Below are positions 30,447 through 39,749 of a stretch of DNA of 64,000 nucleotides, piece by piece; the stretch's first letter is position 1; each line of letters starts with the position of its first letter. A program made the translations under genes and the position numbers. The notes below the pieces were generated by a model. That model did not search any database. It was given only the letters and a program-made list of their open reading frames with translations, and was not told the DNA's origin. This stretch comes from Bdellovibrionales bacterium (GTDB lineage: Bacteria; Bdellovibrionota; Bdellovibrionia; Bdellovibrionales; UBA1609): contig OZ241456.1 in the NCBI GenBank assembly GCA_965200875.1, forward strand, positions 1,472,001 to 1,536,000, given 5' to 3'.

Positions 30447-31210
30447 TTGAACACCACTCCTTTTAAAAGTAATTTTTTGATCTTCTTTGTGGGAGGAGGA
30501 GGTAAAGGTGAAGCTCTTTCAACGGTCTCCAGCACTCTGGCGTCAAAGTCCTCATTACCTGAGGATGTCATAATCTCCCCTTTTAAAACTACTCCTTCAC
30601 TATTGATAATTGTATGAATTTCTGCCCGCAAATTTTTATCTGCCAATTCCTGAGGCAGACTCCAATACATATTAATATGTGCTCTCACAGATGTAAAGTA
30701 CTGAAGTGTGCCAAAGTCCGCAGTTGTTTCCCCTGTCTGGCTGTTTCCCTTGGAAATGGCTGAACCTGTGTATGGACTTTGCTTCAGCTCCTCTTTTATT
30801 TGTTCAATGCTTTCCATAGCTGACAGTTTATCCATTGCCTGACTTTGCTTTTTTTGAATATTTTTAATACGCTTTATTTTATCCATCGCCTGAGTTTGCT
30901 TCTCTTTTATATCCGGTTTGCTGGTTTTTTTGACTACGCGGTTTTTTATCTTTTTGGGCAAAGGTACTTTCTTAGCTGGTTTTTCACGAATCAGCGGATT
31001 TTTGACGGACTTTTTCAGAGATTGAGAAGATTCCACTCTTCGTTTTAATTCCGGCAAACCAATAGTATCCACACGAATGGCGTTTTTAATTTGAATATGT
31101 TTTTTGGAAAATCCATCGAATGAAGGGTCCAACATAAAGTACCCGAAAATAAAAATGTGGATAATACAAGAGTAAAACAGAAATCGGGAAAAAAAGTCTC
31201 TAGTATACAC
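30434..31210 (-). CDS. tolA: TolA/TonB-family protein
   Basis: N-terminal TM with SxxxH, Lys-rich linker, C-terminal SSGNEDFD...ASPLPPPP; lies between tolR and tolB. Confidence 0.8.
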   Translation of the reverse strand: MYTRDFFSRFLFYSCIIHIFIFGYFMLDPSFDGFSKKHIQIKNAIRVDTIGLPELKRRVESSQSLKKSVKNPLIREKPAKKVPLPKKIKNRVVKKTSKPDIKEKQTQAMDKIKRIKNIQKKQSQAMDKLSAMESIEQIKEELKQSPYTGSAISKGNSQTGETTADFGTLQYFTSVRAHINMYWSLPQELADKNLRAEIHTIINSEGVVLKGEIMTSSGNEDFDARVLETVERASPLPPPPTKKIKKLLLKGVVFKFPE

Positions 31211-31245
31211 TTAAAAAACACGCCTTTCTTTGTCACGGGTGACTC

Positions 31246-31665
31246 TCATTGCTTTGTCTTAAAAGTGGTAATTAAACTCACCTGATACAATCCCGCTGAA
31301 CGCATTTCTGCCAAAGCCTCAGCCACCACCCCATAATCAACCTTTTTATCCGCTTGAATATACACTTGTTTATTTTTCCTGTCTTTTAAAATAGCTGTTG
31401 TTTTCCGGCCTAATTGAGAAAGGGGAATTTGCGTTGAACCTAAAAAGATCTTTTTATTTTTCCTGATTTCCAGGATAAAAGGTTCATCGGGCACACTAAT
31501 ACCCGCAGATGCAGTTTCAGGAAGCTCTATGTTCAGACCTTGTTGCATCATGGGTGCTGTAACCATAAAAATGATCAGTAATACCAGCATTACATCCACA
31601 AAAGGTGTAACATTAATTTCACTTAAAACTCTTCGTTCCTGTCTGTTTTCTGTTTGCGCTCCCAT
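31246..31665 (-). CDS. tolR: TolR/ExbD
   Basis: EINVTPFVDVMLVLLIIFMVTAP, ADKKVDYG. Confidence 0.92.
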   Translation of the reverse strand: MGAQTENRQERRVLSEINVTPFVDVMLVLLIIFMVTAPMMQQGLNIELPETASAGISVPDEPFILEIRKNKKIFLGSTQIPLSQLGRKTTAILKDRKNKQVYIQADKKVDYGVVAEALAEMRSAGLYQVSLITTFKTKQ

Positions 31666-31674
31666 TTTATTCCT

Positions 31675-32469
31675 TTATTTAAAAAAGTTTCTTTTGGAAA
31701 TATTCAGAAAATCTGTCACAAAATTATTAAATTGCAACTCAGCTTTTTTAATTTCATGTATGAAATGATTATAAAAAACCGCCGCGGGAATAGCCGCAAA
31801 CAGGCCAAAACCTGTAACAATAAGAGCCTCTGAAATACCGGGGGCCACAACAGCCAAGTTCGCAGAACCCATTGCCCCTATTTGCTGAAAAGCGTTCATA
31901 ATACCAAATACTGTGCCAAACAAACCAATAAACGGGCTTACAGAACCAGTTGTGGCTAAAAAAGCCAACCGTCTTTCCATATAAGAAACTTCATTGTTCA
32001 CAGCTTTATTCAAAGCCCTTTGCAGATTATCCATGCCGGAAAGCAATTGACTGGAACCAGATGTGGTTTTTGAGTTGATAATTTTTTTTAATTCAGAATA
32101 ACCTGAGCGAAAAACAACAGCCAGAGCACTTTTGGGATAGGACTTGGACAGGTCAAATATTTCATCCAAAGAAGAGGCTTTAAAAAAAATATCTTCAAAA
32201 GGAATATTATTAACTTTATTGCTTTTAAACAAATTCCATTTACTTAAAATAATGGCCCAAGAAACAACAGACATGAAAGCCAAAAGAACCATAGTGAATT
32301 GCACTATCAGGCTGGATGATCGAAGAGCCTCCACAATCCCTATTTTTGCCGGATTTTTAATCTGAGTGGATACAATTTTTTGATCTGATCCCGCGGTATC
32401 TGCCTTAATCTGGAACAAAACCATAAAGCAAAACAGAGTAAAAACAATAATTAGTGTTTTTTTCATCAA
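31675..32469 (-). CDS. tolQ: TolQ/ExbB proton channel
   Basis: LATTGSVSPFIGLFGTVFGIM, VAPGISEAL, AAIPA. Confidence 0.92.
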   Translation of the reverse strand: MMKKTLIIVFTLFCFMVLFQIKADTAGSDQKIVSTQIKNPAKIGIVEALRSSSLIVQFTMVLLAFMSVVSWAIILSKWNLFKSNKVNNIPFEDIFFKASSLDEIFDLSKSYPKSALAVVFRSGYSELKKIINSKTTSGSSQLLSGMDNLQRALNKAVNNEVSYMERRLAFLATTGSVSPFIGLFGTVFGIMNAFQQIGAMGSANLAVVAPGISEALIVTGFGLFAAIPAAVFYNHFIHEIKKAELQFNNFVTDFLNISKRNFFK

Positions 32470-32643
32470 ATTACACTCCGTCCGTTTACATAAAAAAAAA
32501 TATAAAGTATATTTTGAAAAATAACTGATTTATGGCACAATGCAAGCCCTTTCTTACGCCAAGGATTAAGAGTTCAATCATTATTTACTTAATCACCCGG
32601 AAAAACCTGACCAAAAGTCTTTAAAGAGGATATAAAATATAAA

Positions 32644-34068
32644 ATGCTTAGCAAACAAAAATACAAACATGGGTTCGTCACACAGATATCATCAGACAAA
32701 TTTCCAAAGGGTCTGAGTGAAGAGACAATTTGCCGGCTTTCCGAGCGCAAAGAAGAACCAAGCTGGGTACTGGATCTGCGCTTAAAAGCTTATCGCTACT
32801 GGCTGACCTTGAAAGAACCTTCTTGGGCTGGATTAAAATATCCCCCTATTAATTATCAGGATATTCACTATTATTCCGCTCCGAGGGGAAAGAAAAAAAA
32901 ATCGCTTAACAGTCTGGAGGAGGCCGATCCAGAATTATTGAAAACTTTTGAGCGTCTGGGTATCCCCTTAAATGAACAAAAGCGTTTGGCCGGCGTGGCA
33001 GTGGATGCTGTATTCGACAGCGTGTCCCTAGGCACCACCCACCAGGATGTATTGGAAAAAAGCAACATTATTTTTTGCTCCATTTCAAAAGCTTTAAAAC
33101 AATATCCCGATTTGCTGAAAAAATATTTGTGTTCTGTTGTGCCTTACCGGGACAATTTTTTTGCGAGCTTAAATACAGCGGTTTTTACAGATGGTTCTTT
33201 TTGTTTTATTCCCAAGGGAGTGCGATGCCCTTTGGATCTTTCCACTTATTTTCGCATTAACGAAAAGGATACAGGGCAGTTTGAGCGCACATTGATTGTG
33301 GCTGAAGAATCCTCTTATGTGAATTATCTGGAAGGCTGTACAGCTCCCATGAGAGACTCCAATCAACTTCACGCGGCAGTGGTGGAGCTGGTGGCTTTGG
33401 ATCGGGCTGAGATTAGATACTCCACTGTACAGAACTGGTACCCGGGCGATGAGAAAGGTCGGGGGGGAATTTACAACTTCGTCACCAAAAGGGGAAAATG
33501 TATTGGGAAGGGAGCACGTATTTCTTGGACTCAGGTGGAGGCTGGTTCAGCCATTACCTGGAAATATCCAAGCTGTATTTTACAGGGAGACCATTCTTCT
33601 GGTGCGTTTTACTCCGTAGCTCTTACTCACGATAAAATGCAGGCGGACACAGGAACCAAAATGATTCACATCGGGAAAAATACCAAAAGCACTATTATTT
33701 CCAAAGGAATTTCTGCGGATCATTCTGTAAACAGTTACCGAGGGCAGGTAAAAATTTTACCTCAGGCAGAAGGAGCCAGAAATTTTTCTCAATGTGATTC
33801 CATGCTGACTGGGGAAAAAAGTGTGGCAAACACTTACCCTCTGATTGAGATAAAAAATAAAAGCGCGGTGGTGGAGCATGAAGCCACTACATCCCGCATA
33901 AATGCAGAACAGCTGTTTTACTTAAAAAGTCGAGGATTGGACACAGAAACTGCAATCTCTTTATTAGTGAATGGCTTTTGTCATCAGGTTTTTAAAAAAC
34001 TTCCTTTGGAATTTTCTGTGGAAGCCGTAAAATTAATTGAAATGAAATTGGAAAACTCCATCGCTTGA
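32644..34068 (+). CDS. sufB: Fe-S cluster assembly protein SufB
   Basis: [47 protein letters not shown]. Confidence 0.96.
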   Translation: MLSKQKYKHGFVTQISSDKFPKGLSEETICRLSERKEEPSWVLDLRLKAYRYWLTLKEPSWAGLKYPPINYQDIHYYSAPRGKKKKSLNSLEEADPELLKTFERLGIPLNEQKRLAGVAVDAVFDSVSLGTTHQDVLEKSNIIFCSISKALKQYPDLLKKYLCSVVPYRDNFFASLNTAVFTDGSFCFIPKGVRCPLDLSTYFRINEKDTGQFERTLIVAEESSYVNYLEGCTAPMRDSNQLHAAVVELVALDRAEIRYSTVQNWYPGDEKGRGGIYNFVTKRGKCIGKGARISWTQVEAGSAITWKYPSCILQGDHSSGAFYSVALTHDKMQADTGTKMIHIGKNTKSTIISKGISADHSVNSYRGQVKILPQAEGARNFSQCDSMLTGEKSVANTYPLIEIKNKSAVVEHEATTSRINAEQLFYLKSRGLDTETAISLLVNGFCHQVFKKLPLEFSVEAVKLIEMKLENSIA

Positions 34069-34265
34069 TTTTATGGCTGTGCAAAATCCGTCTTGCTTCA
34101 TCTGATACTCAAGGCTTTTGGCGGGTCTTCAGTCCTGTAAAAAAAGAGAGATTTACAGGATTAAAGGCTTGTAAAAAAACCGGACACTGGTATTTGACTG
34201 TATTGGCAGGTTGTGGAAGAATAAAGCCATTGTTTTTATTCATACTGGTCACTGGAGATGCAACC

Positions 34266-35186
34266 ATGAAACTCTCTCTTTTTATCTGCTTTATGTCTTT
34301 TATTGTGTTTATTCAGTGTTCCCCTCCACCTGCTGGTAAATACCGTACTGCCAAGGATATAGCCGGTGAAGTAAAATCAGATGGACGCGTTTCCTATATC
34401 TGTAAGGGCAAGCAATGTTGTTCAGAACACAAAGAATGTGCCCGAAAATGTAATCAGATGTTTTATAAATCAGGAAAAAAAATCAGAAACACCTGTCGCT
34501 CTTTACCTCAGGATGTTGTGAATAGACTCGAAGAATTGATCCTAGCACTAAGGAGTGCCTTAATAGAAGATTTGGAACGTTTGGAGCTTAACCAAGAATT
34601 TCGCTTACTTCTGGCTTTAGACTATCATGTTTGGATTGACATTATTCAAAATTATACAGTGGATGAAGCGCGGGAGCTTTTAATTTGGATGGCTGCCAAT
34701 GATGAGCCTGTATCTGAGCTACTTCAGCTGGAAGAGGAAGTTAGATATGAAATTCTTTACGAGGTTTTGGCCTCAGCGGGAGATCGCACCCGTCCCGGGC
34801 CAGTGGAAGAGGGGCTTGCTGGAAAAATCTCTTTTGATCGAAGTTTTTTTCAGCTCCTTGTTTATCATTCCAATTATGACCTCTTACAGATCACTCACGA
34901 AATGATGAGAGAAAACCTTTGTTCCCTGAACTATGGTGGTGAAAATCAGATAGAGATTTGTATGTTAAGGGTTTACTGTAAGGAACAACCAGAACGGGAT
35001 GGACAATATTTGCATTCGGAAGACTTAAGAAATGAAATGGCCAGAAATATCCAAGACGAGGAATTTTTTGATTATGTGGAAAAGCATGTTTTGAGTGCTG
35101 GTTTAGGGGTGAATTTTCCGGATCCCATTTTAAATAATCAAGTGTGTTTCATGGTCTGCAACGACAGCAGAAGAGGGTGTGAATAA
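34266..35186 (+). CDS. Cys-rich secreted/lipoprotein, hypothetical (paralogue A)
   Basis: GGAG precedes ATG 34266; MKLSLFICFMSFIVFIQC is lipoprotein-like; CxxxCxxMF motif. Confidence 0.7.
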   Translation: MKLSLFICFMSFIVFIQCSPPPAGKYRTAKDIAGEVKSDGRVSYICKGKQCCSEHKECARKCNQMFYKSGKKIRNTCRSLPQDVVNRLEELILALRSALIEDLERLELNQEFRLLLALDYHVWIDIIQNYTVDEARELLIWMAANDEPVSELLQLEEEVRYEILYEVLASAGDRTRPGPVEEGLAGKISFDRSFFQLLVYHSNYDLLQITHEMMRENLCSLNYGGENQIEICMLRVYCKEQPERDGQYLHSEDLRNEMARNIQDEEFFDYVEKHVLSAGLGVNFPDPILNNQVCFMVCNDSRRGCE

Positions 35187-35243
35187 CCTCAGATTATCAC
35201 CTGTTCCATACGACACCAATTTTTTTGAATCGAAACCATAAGG

Positions 35244-36293
35244 ATGTGGTATATGATAATTCAGAGCGTAAAAAAACTGAAAATACTTTTACTATTACTG
35301 CCCGCGATTTTCTTTTTACTCTATTGTGAAGATACAGAAAAAACCTTAAGAGAAAGAGCGACACGTATTCGTGATAAAGATAATGATCCTATTCGCACAA
35401 CCGGTTCCGAGGAGTATTATGGGGAATATTCTTCTTCAGATTACGAAGGAGCTACATGTAAATCTTTAAGAAAAGAGGAAGGCAAAGAAAAAGACTATGA
35501 AAAATGTAAAGAGATATGTAAAAAAATGTACAATAATGATGCAGATGATTGTGAAAAAGTGGCTACAGAACTCATATTTGAATTGGAGCAACTTTTTACT
35601 TCCATGACCCGGATCAGGGCTAATGAAGACCAATTAAACCGCAGAGTGGATGGTTTTAATTTTGGTGTAATGATTGACATTTCTGTGGAGCCAGTCTTGG
35701 AACTTCTTAAGGACTGGTCTGAAAGAGAGGTAAAGGAATTTCTGATATGGACAGCCATGAATTCCCCCATATCTCTGGCTTTAAAGCATCACGATAATTC
35801 AAACAAAATTCTTAAGACCTCTTTTAGAAAAGTGGGAACAGGGCATGGTAGTGGAGACGCTAGGGTAGAATACGGATTTGGAGAGGATTTACAAGGAGGG
35901 GGGAAAACTTTTTTAGTGATTGCCAATGATGCAAAAAACCCTTCAGCTTTTAATATTGCATATAGACTGGTGGAAAGTATTTGTTTAACAAATTTTAAAT
36001 GTATATTCAGATGGTATTGTGTCAGAGAAGAATTTGAAAGTGCTCGTCGCAGACAATGTCGTTACTCCAGTGAAAAACGAGGTTTCAATCGAGATAGGCA
36101 TTGTTATATTCACGGACCTGATGTCTGGAGTTATTGGACCCACTTGAAAGATGAAGAAAATATGCTCAAAAGGAATAGAATTTATTTTAATAATTTCAAA
36201 ATGAATGAGGAGACATGTAATGGGGTATGTCGCACCTGTCCCGAAGACTCAAAATCGTGGTGCGGAAATCAAAATTGTAAAAGAGAAATTTAG
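35244..36293 (+). CDS. Cys-rich secreted/lipoprotein, hypothetical (paralogue B)
   Basis: Hydrophobic leader ending LLYC; CxxxCxxMY, E(A/V)xExLIW and C-terminal CxxVC are shared with paralogue A. Confidence 0.72.
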   Translation: MWYMIIQSVKKLKILLLLLPAIFFLLYCEDTEKTLRERATRIRDKDNDPIRTTGSEEYYGEYSSSDYEGATCKSLRKEEGKEKDYEKCKEICKKMYNNDADDCEKVATELIFELEQLFTSMTRIRANEDQLNRRVDGFNFGVMIDISVEPVLELLKDWSEREVKEFLIWTAMNSPISLALKHHDNSNKILKTSFRKVGTGHGSGDARVEYGFGEDLQGGGKTFLVIANDAKNPSAFNIAYRLVESICLTNFKCIFRWYCVREEFESARRRQCRYSSEKRGFNRDRHCYIHGPDVWSYWTHLKDEENMLKRNRIYFNNFKMNEETCNGVCRTCPEDSKSWCGNQNCKREI

Positions 36294-36376
36294 AAAGCGT
36301 AAAAAAAACAGACTGATTAACTGTTTTTTAAAAGTCCGTTTTTCAAAAATAACTTGCAATATCAAAAAAATGGTAT

Positions 36377-36416
36377 CCCACCCAAGCGATAGACATTGCC
36401 CCCTCAATATGATTCC
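36377..36416 (+). repeat. Right-end fragment of the ~155-bp palindromic element
   Basis: CCCACCCAAGCGATAGACATTGCCCCCTCAATATGATTCC matches the 3' end of the 39244 and 38612 copies. Confidence 0.8.
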
Positions 36417-36419
36417 GTT

Positions 36420-36442
36420 TTACAGGCGTGTAAAGTTTTCAC
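36420..36442 (+). promoter_or_regulatory. Shared upstream motif, copy 3
   Basis: TTACAGGCGTGTAAAGTTTTCAC. Confidence 0.5.
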
Positions 36443-36518
36443 AGTGCTATTTTTTTATTAAGTGTTTTTCATAAACACCTGTATTATGCAAAGAAACTAA
36501 ACAAAAAGGAGGTAAATA

Positions 36519-37106
36519 ATGAGATTGATATTTGCTTTACTATTTTTGAGCTTAGGTGCTTTCTCATTATATGCAAACAAACCAGAATATTTTAGCAATA
36601 AAGATTTGAGAAATGCTGATATGAGAGGGTTTAATTTGCGCGGTGTGGATCTGACCGATGCAAATTTGACTGGTGCGAATCTGACTAATGCGAATCTGAC
36701 TGGGGTGAATCTGACTGGGGCGAGGATGACTAATGCGAATCTGTACCTGGCGAATCTGACCGATGCGAATCTGACCGGTGCGAATCTGACCGATGTGAAT
36801 TTGCGCAATGCGAATTTGACCTTTGCGAATCTGACCGATGCGAATCTGACCAGTGCGAATCTGACTGGGGCGAATTTGACCTTTGCGAATCTGACCTATG
36901 CAAATTTGTACCTGGCGAATCTGGCCTATGCGATTTTGAGAGGGGCGAATCTGACCTTTGCGAATCTGACCTTTGCGAATCTGTACCTGGCGAATCTGAC
37001 CGATGCGTGGATATATGTGAAGACTGGAGGTGAGGATAGGCTGACCAGAATGAAATTTGATATTGGATCGATTGTAGCTATGAATTGTAAAAAAGCTTTT
37101 ATGTAG
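36519..37106 (+). CDS. Secreted pentapeptide-repeat protein
   Basis: AGGAGG RBS, MRLIFALLFLSL leader, long ANLT(x) tandem (15-bp GCGAATCTGACCnnn units). Confidence 0.92.
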   Translation: MRLIFALLFLSLGAFSLYANKPEYFSNKDLRNADMRGFNLRGVDLTDANLTGANLTNANLTGVNLTGARMTNANLYLANLTDANLTGANLTDVNLRNANLTFANLTDANLTSANLTGANLTFANLTYANLYLANLAYAILRGANLTFANLTFANLYLANLTDAWIYVKTGGEDRLTRMKFDIGSIVAMNCKKAFM

Positions 37107-37139
37107 AAACAAAAAAAGAGATTTTTAATGAGTAAAGAG

Positions 37140-37174
37140 GGAATCATAAGCAACCAGGGGCGTTTGTATATCGC
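37140..37174 (+). repeat. Left-end fragment of the ~155-bp palindromic element
   Basis: GGAATCATAAGCAACCAGGGGCGTTTGTATATCGC, followed by the TTTTTACTAAAGT flank that also follows the 38612 copy. Confidence 0.8.
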
Positions 37175-37204
37175 TTTTTTTTACTAAAGTCTTAGGGAAG
37201 AATT

Positions 37205-37387
37205 ATGATGCCATTATTAAAATCTTCGTATGATGAAGCTAGGCAACAAGGCAGGCAACAAGGTCGGCAGGAAGGTCAAAAAGAGCTGATTGCAAAATTA
37301 CTTAAAACTGGAGTGGATTTTCATGTTCTTTGTAAAGTCACAGGACTTTCCGAAGAAGAAATTAAAAAACTTAAGAGTGGTGACTAA
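37205..37387 (+). CDS. Stand-alone Rpn C-terminal (RpnS-like) peptide
   Basis: GRQQGRQEG...TGLSEEEIKKLK is nearly identical to the C-terminus of the Rpn at 10701-11735. No nuclease domain upstream. Confidence 0.7.
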   Translation: MMPLLKSSYDEARQQGRQQGRQEGQKELIAKLLKTGVDFHVLCKVTGLSEEEIKKLKSGD

Positions 37388-37551
37388 GCATTAGAGAAAG
37401 GACTATCAAAAAACTCTTTCTGGATCGACCCTTATATTTCCAACAATGAAACTATTTTTTATCGCTAATGGAATCCATATATCATATTTTTAATAAACTT
37501 CTTTAAATGGCTTCTTGAAAGAAAAGAGGCCAAATTCTTTGTTCAATCATT

Positions 37552-37574
37552 GTACAACCATGTAAAGATTACAC
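37552..37574 (+). promoter_or_regulatory. Shared upstream motif, copy 4
   Basis: GTACAACCATGTAAAGATTACAC. Confidence 0.45.
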
Positions 37575-37664
37575 TAGTTGTTCTTAACAGTTTCAATTTT
37601 TTAACTTTTGAGTATAATCAGTCGGGACTGAATAATCAATTAAACCCAAACACGGAGGTCACTA

Positions 37665-38498
37665 ATGAGATTAATAATTACTTTACTTTTTTTAAGCTTA
37701 GGTGCTGAGGTAAGGGCATTGGGAGTTGAATATTATTATTTGCCCCCTCCGATTGCTCTGATGAAACTTTCTTATTCTCTGTTCTCTGACTCTTCATGTG
37801 ATATTAATAATTATTTTGAAAAATATAAAGGTACTTCAGAGCAAGTGGATTTTAGGTGCGATTTAAGAGGTGCATATTTACGAAATGTGGATTTGAGTAA
37901 TGAATCTTTATTTTTTTCGTCTTTGGATGAGGTAAATTTGAGCTATGCGAATTTGTACAAGTTAACGGCAACAGGTTCAACCTTTTTTAAAGCAGATTTT
38001 ACTGGGGCAGATATGCGTGAAGCGAATTTTAGTTTTTCGCATTTTCACGAGGCGACTATGACTGGGGCGAATTTGTACAAGTTAAAGGCAGTATCGGCAA
38101 GTTTTGTAAGAGCAGATTTTACTGGGGCAGATATGCGTGAAACGAATTTGATTAATGCGGATTTTCGCGATGCGAATTTGACCAATGCGAATTTTACAGG
38201 CGCGGAGTTAAGAGAGGCGGGTTTTTACGATGCGAATTTGACCAATGCAATTTTTATCGATGCGAAAGTTGATCCGCGATTGGGTGCTTATTTAACCTCA
38301 CAAGGTGTAAGTGGTTTTATTGTTGTTGAATCGGAAATCCGACAAGTTCACCCTGAGCAAATTCAACAAGAAAAGATACAATACCAACCTGCGCCACTCC
38401 AACCTGCATCACTCCAACATACGCAACTTAAAGGTAGAAGTTGGTTTGGTGTTGTGGAAGATAAAGACGAATCTATAGAAAACATAAGAAAAGAATAA
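37665..38498 (+). CDS. Secreted pentapeptide-repeat protein
   Basis: MRLIITLLFLSL leader, ADFTG/ANLTN repeats; cap AKVDPRLGAYLTSQGVSGFIVVE shared with 25846-26388. Confidence 0.9.
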   Translation: MRLIITLLFLSLGAEVRALGVEYYYLPPPIALMKLSYSLFSDSSCDINNYFEKYKGTSEQVDFRCDLRGAYLRNVDLSNESLFFSSLDEVNLSYANLYKLTATGSTFFKADFTGADMREANFSFSHFHEATMTGANLYKLKAVSASFVRADFTGADMRETNLINADFRDANLTNANFTGAELREAGFYDANLTNAIFIDAKVDPRLGAYLTSQGVSGFIVVESEIRQVHPEQIQQEKIQYQPAPLQPASLQHTQLKGRSWFGVVEDKDESIENIRKE

Positions 38499-38611
38499 AC
38501 ACTTTACTGTCTAGGAGGCAGATAATCTCCTACATTATAATTTTCATAACTTCCTTTGGTTAGAAGAAGCCTGTTTTTAATCTCAGACGGGTTTTTTCAT
38601 TTTTAGGAAAG

Positions 38612-38766
38612 GGAATCATAAGCAACCGGGTGCGGTTATATATCGCTATAGGGGGGTGCACATTTTCCCCCGGCCCAAAACCCGCCAAAAAAGCACTTAT
38701 TCCCGCGGGAAAAGATGGAGACCCACCCTCCGCGATGTATGATGCCCCCTTTTTCAATATGATTCC
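38612..38766. mobile_element. ~155-bp non-coding palindromic element (MITE-like or structured), full copy 1
   Basis: Terminal inverted repeats GGAATCATA/TATGATTCC with nested inverted repeats ATCGC..GGGTG/CACCC..GCGAT and TTTTCCC/GGGAAAA. Confidence 0.7.
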
Positions 38767-38774
38767 TTTTTTAC

Positions 38775-38801
38775 TAAAGTTTGGGCATGGAGTTCCGATA
38801 A
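38775..38801 (+). promoter_or_regulatory. sigma-28 (FliA)-like promoter
   Basis: TAAA-N15-TCCGATAA, followed by a GGAGG RBS and ATG 38821. Confidence 0.6.
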
Positions 38802-38820
38802 ACTAGGAAGGAGGTTTTTT

Positions 38821-39240
38821 ATGAATCAACAAAAATATTCATTAGCCAGAAACGGCAAAAAGGTTTTGATCTTGTTTGGTGTCCTTATTAGTTTTTCGGT
38901 TTTATTTACAAATAGACCATATACTGGAATCATAATCAGCCGGTTGGCGAAGGAGGTTACAAGAATGAAAACAATAATAATTAGCTTTTGTCTTTTGTTG
39001 TCCATCGGAGCTTATTCGCGTGCCTTAACTCCAGTTGAATTAAAACTGAGGGATTTGAACAACGAATTAAATAACTTTAGCGTTGATATAAAAAAAATCG
39101 ATTCTGATTCAATTAAACACAGGACTTTATTCGGGGAAATTTATAGAGCAGTAGGCCAACTTGTAAATGAAAAAATCAACCTTGAGCAAAATCTTAATCA
39201 ATGTATTCAACAGCTTAACCGGCAACATTCCCAGCAATAA
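38821..39240 (+). CDS. Hypothetical secreted coiled-coil protein; second in-frame start at 38965
   Basis: Both ATGs (38821, 38965) follow GGAGG. MKTIIISFCLLLSIGAYSRA is a signal peptide. An element fragment lies at 38926-38948, between the two starts. Confidence 0.65.
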   Translation: MNQQKYSLARNGKKVLILFGVLISFSVLFTNRPYTGIIISRLAKEVTRMKTIIISFCLLLSIGAYSRALTPVELKLRDLNNELNNFSVDIKKIDSDSIKHRTLFGEIYRAVGQLVNEKINLEQNLNQCIQQLNRQHSQQ

Positions 39241-39243
39241 AAG

Positions 39244-39396
39244 GGAATCATAATCAACCGGGTGCGGTTAGTAATCGCGAGGGGTGGGTGTCCGTTTTCC
39301 CCCCGGCTCAAAACTGCCTAAAAACGCACTTATTCCCCAGAGGAAAACTGTGACCCACCCTAGCGATAGACATTGCCCCCTTCTCTTTATGATTCC
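39244..39396. mobile_element. ~153-bp palindromic element, full copy 2
   Basis: Same terminal and nested inverted repeats as 38612-38766; begins a few nt after the stop at 39240. Confidence 0.7.
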
Positions 39397-39749
39397 AGTT
39401 GTTTTTTATTCACTTATTTAAACAATAAACAGGTAAGTGTTTCATTTTGAGAAGATAAGCCGAAAAATAAATATTCTTTACCCAGATTTTATGCACCTAG
39501 GAAATATCTATGTATTCTATAGGAATAAAAAAAAAACTTAATGAAAGATAAAGATTTTGAGTCAGTAACCCGACTAAAGGTTAGTGGTTTATTTTATGAG
39601 TAACAAAATAATAAATAAAACTAAAAAACCTAAACAAGTGGGTTTAGACCTAAAGTTAAGTATTTGTATATGTGCTTTAGGTGTGTTGTGTTTTGCACTG
39701 CTGATCGTGTTTGGATAGTTGTTGTTTCTACACTGGATATAGTTTCGCT

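Noticed and set aside
32644..34068. sufB without adjacent sufC/sufD
   Set aside because: Split suf loci are common; cannot be judged from one window.
36497..37153. Antisense ORFs with RFA/QIR repeats (also 25974-26318)
   Set aside because: Shadow frames of the pentapeptide-repeat genes.
38560..38757. 65-aa minus-strand ORF (also 44192-44641 on plus)
   Set aside because: These merely span non-coding repeats or the antisense of a Fic gene; no RBS or family motif.
38612..39396. Palindromic element as an integron attC site or tRNA
   Set aside because: No RYYYAAC/GTTRRRY ends, no integrase in the window, no cloverleaf or T-loop motif.
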